This document shows positions 61,366-64,000 of a stretch of 64,000 bases of DNA, piece by piece. The stretch comes from the human T2T-CHM13v2.0 reference genome, Homo sapiens: assembly GCF_009914755.1 (NCBI RefSeq), contig NC_060933.1; one strand, 5' to 3'. Each line of letters starts with the position of its first letter. The stretch's first letter is position 1. The notes below the pieces were generated by a model that saw only the letters and a program-made list of their open reading frames with translations, did not search any database and was not told where the DNA came from. A program made the translations under genes and the position numbers.

Positions 61366-62172
61366 AAAGAGATGCAGAAACAGATGGCCTCTGTCTTATA
61401 GGCCCTGGGGGCAAGACACTGGGCAGACAGAGGGAAGCCACACAAAGAAGCCCAGCTGCACAGGCTCCAGGAGTGCTCCCAGATGCTGCAAGAATGCAGG
61501 CAGGGAGGGGACTGAAAAGTGGGATGGCCCTTGGCTTGGTCACTTCCTGCTGCTGAGGGAATCAGGTGTGTTCTACGGTAAGATTTAAAAAATAAAATGA
61601 GCCTAGGGAGAAAAATCCAGGCTTGCTGAACTAATAAATCAGTGGGAGAGGTGAGCGCTTGCTCTAGTGAGGCATTTATGATTGGCTGCCTTTCATTGAG
61701 CCACACGGCGAGCTCATTCGGTGAGCAGAAAGCCCGGCAGAGCAGGCCTGCGATCTGGCAGACTGCGGGGTCCAGTCCAGGCTGTGCTAATCTCTTCATC
61801 TTTCTGAGTCTCGGCTTCCTTATTTGTAATACAGGGGTGCTATATGTTCTACCTACTTTACTGTGGTAGGAAGAGTCACTGAAATAAAGAAAACAAAAAT
61901 TGCCTATAATTCACAAAGTTCCTACACAAGAAACCAGTAATAGTATTCTTTTATAGGGAGGGGAACGGGGTGGCTGGGAGATAGGAATGGGAGGGAGACT
62001 TTATGGTGTGTATCTTTTTACATGTTTTGCTATTTTGAACCACAAGAATAAACTATTCATTGAAAAAAACTTAGAAAAAAATCAATAAAGGCAATAATAA
62101 GGTCAGAACTAATAATGCAAGCAATCGTCATTATCATCATTATCATGGTCAAAATCACCAATGTCATCATTA

Positions 62173-62464
62173 TTTTATTTATTTATTTATTTTTTTGAGA
62201 CGGAGTTTTGCTCTGTTGCCCAGGCTGGAGTGCAGTGGTGCGATCTCGGCTTAGTGCAACCTCCGCCTCCCAGGCTCAAGTGATTCTCCTCTTTCAACCT
62301 CCCGAGTAGCTGGGATTACAGGCATGCACCACCACGCCAGGGTAACTTTTTGTATTTTTAGTACATGTTGGCCAGGCTCGTCTCGAACTCCTGACCTCAG
62401 GTGATCTGCCTGCCTTGGCCTCCCAAAGTGCTGGGATTACAGGGTGAGCTGCTGTGCCTGGCCC
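62173..62464 (-). mobile_element. AluSx-like with (TTTA)n tail and a small internal deletion
   Basis: TTTTAGTA|CATGTTGGCC lacks GAGACGGGGTTTCAC. Confidence 0.9.
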
Positions 62465-63070
62465 ATTATTTAAAAGGTTATTTCCACATAATCTTACCAG
62501 TTTACTCTCAGTAAGTAAGTAAGTAGTAGTCAGTAAGTAAGAAATTGGTCATTGCCTCCAAAGTTCCTGGTCTAGCACCCTACCATGCTGTCATATTCAG
62601 TGCGTATTCAGTGGCTTTCCGCTTCTGCAAGGACCAGAGGCCTTGGAGGTAGTGGGGTGGGGAGCTTTCAACCTAGCGTAACCTACCATGGAATATTAAG
62701 CAGTCATTTAAGAAGAGATGGAGCCCTTCCAGGTGACCCGGAGGAATATCTGGGAGTTGTTGCTGATGGAAAAAGGCAAGATGCAAGGAAATGGGTGATC
62801 TCATTTTATAAAACAAAGACCAGTATAGCATCCAGCTACAGAAAACAAACACTGTGTGTTCGTATGTGTATGGAGAAAAGGAAGGAAATGTTCAGAATGT
62901 GAACAAAGATTGTCTGTGGGGTCTAGATGAGATAGGGAGCTGGGGTCGGGGGATAGCAGTGGATAGTGTTGATGATTTAAAAAGTTGGGCACCTTCTCAC
63001 TTATGATCATTTACATATGCTATGTATGGGTGTGCGTGGCTGTATGAAGAGGTGCAAAGAAATCTGATAG

Positions 63071-63600
<530 letters not shown>

Positions 63601-63809
63601 AAAGAAATCTGATAGGCAATATTCATAGTAGTTAGTTCTCTCAGGGTGGTGAGATTCTAGGTGACTTATTTTTTTTTGGTCCAGATATTTATATAAATAG
63701 TTCTGATTATGAGAAGTCAACATGTATTATTTATGTAATCAGAAAAATCTACTTCTAAGGTGAATGATAATTAAAACAAACTAAATGACTGATAGGTGTC
63801 ACTCTATCA

Positions 63810-64000
<191 letters not shown>

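Noticed and set aside
62510-62541. Repeated GTAAGT donor-like motifs
   Set aside because: A simple (TAAG)n repeat in intergenic DNA with no associated exon

Overview
Human (primate) genomic DNA, + strand. It holds the 3' two-thirds of RAD23B (HR23B; UBL-UBA proteasome shuttle and XPC partner). Seven GT-AG coding exons (4154-4422, 9455-9510, 16526-16653, 19733-19868, 21640-21767, 22583-22753, 27286-27399) splice in frame to 1002 nt, i.e. 333 aa plus stop, which matches residues 77-409 of the known protein (exons 4-10). A ~2.5 kb 3'UTR follows, ending near 29.9 kb. This haplotype encodes Val at codon 249 (GTT) rather than Ala. The remaining ~34 kb has no supportable protein-coding gene. It is Alu-, MIR-, L2-, MLT- and L1-rich intergenic DNA, visibly more GC-rich than the gene, with a few motif-dense unique segments that may be enhancers. 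Almost all entries in the ORF track are Alu, L1 or simple-repeat artefacts. I found no convincing new biological system. The most unusual local structures are: a perfect 36-bp non-repeat duplication bracketing exon 8; an alternating inverted-repeat array in intron 6; closely spaced inverted Alu pairs; two canonical G-quadruplex motifs in the 3'UTR; a tailless Alu in the 3'UTR; and several atypical or nested Alu insertions with intact target-site duplications (TSDs). Repeat subfamily names come from recall of consensus sequences and are approximate.
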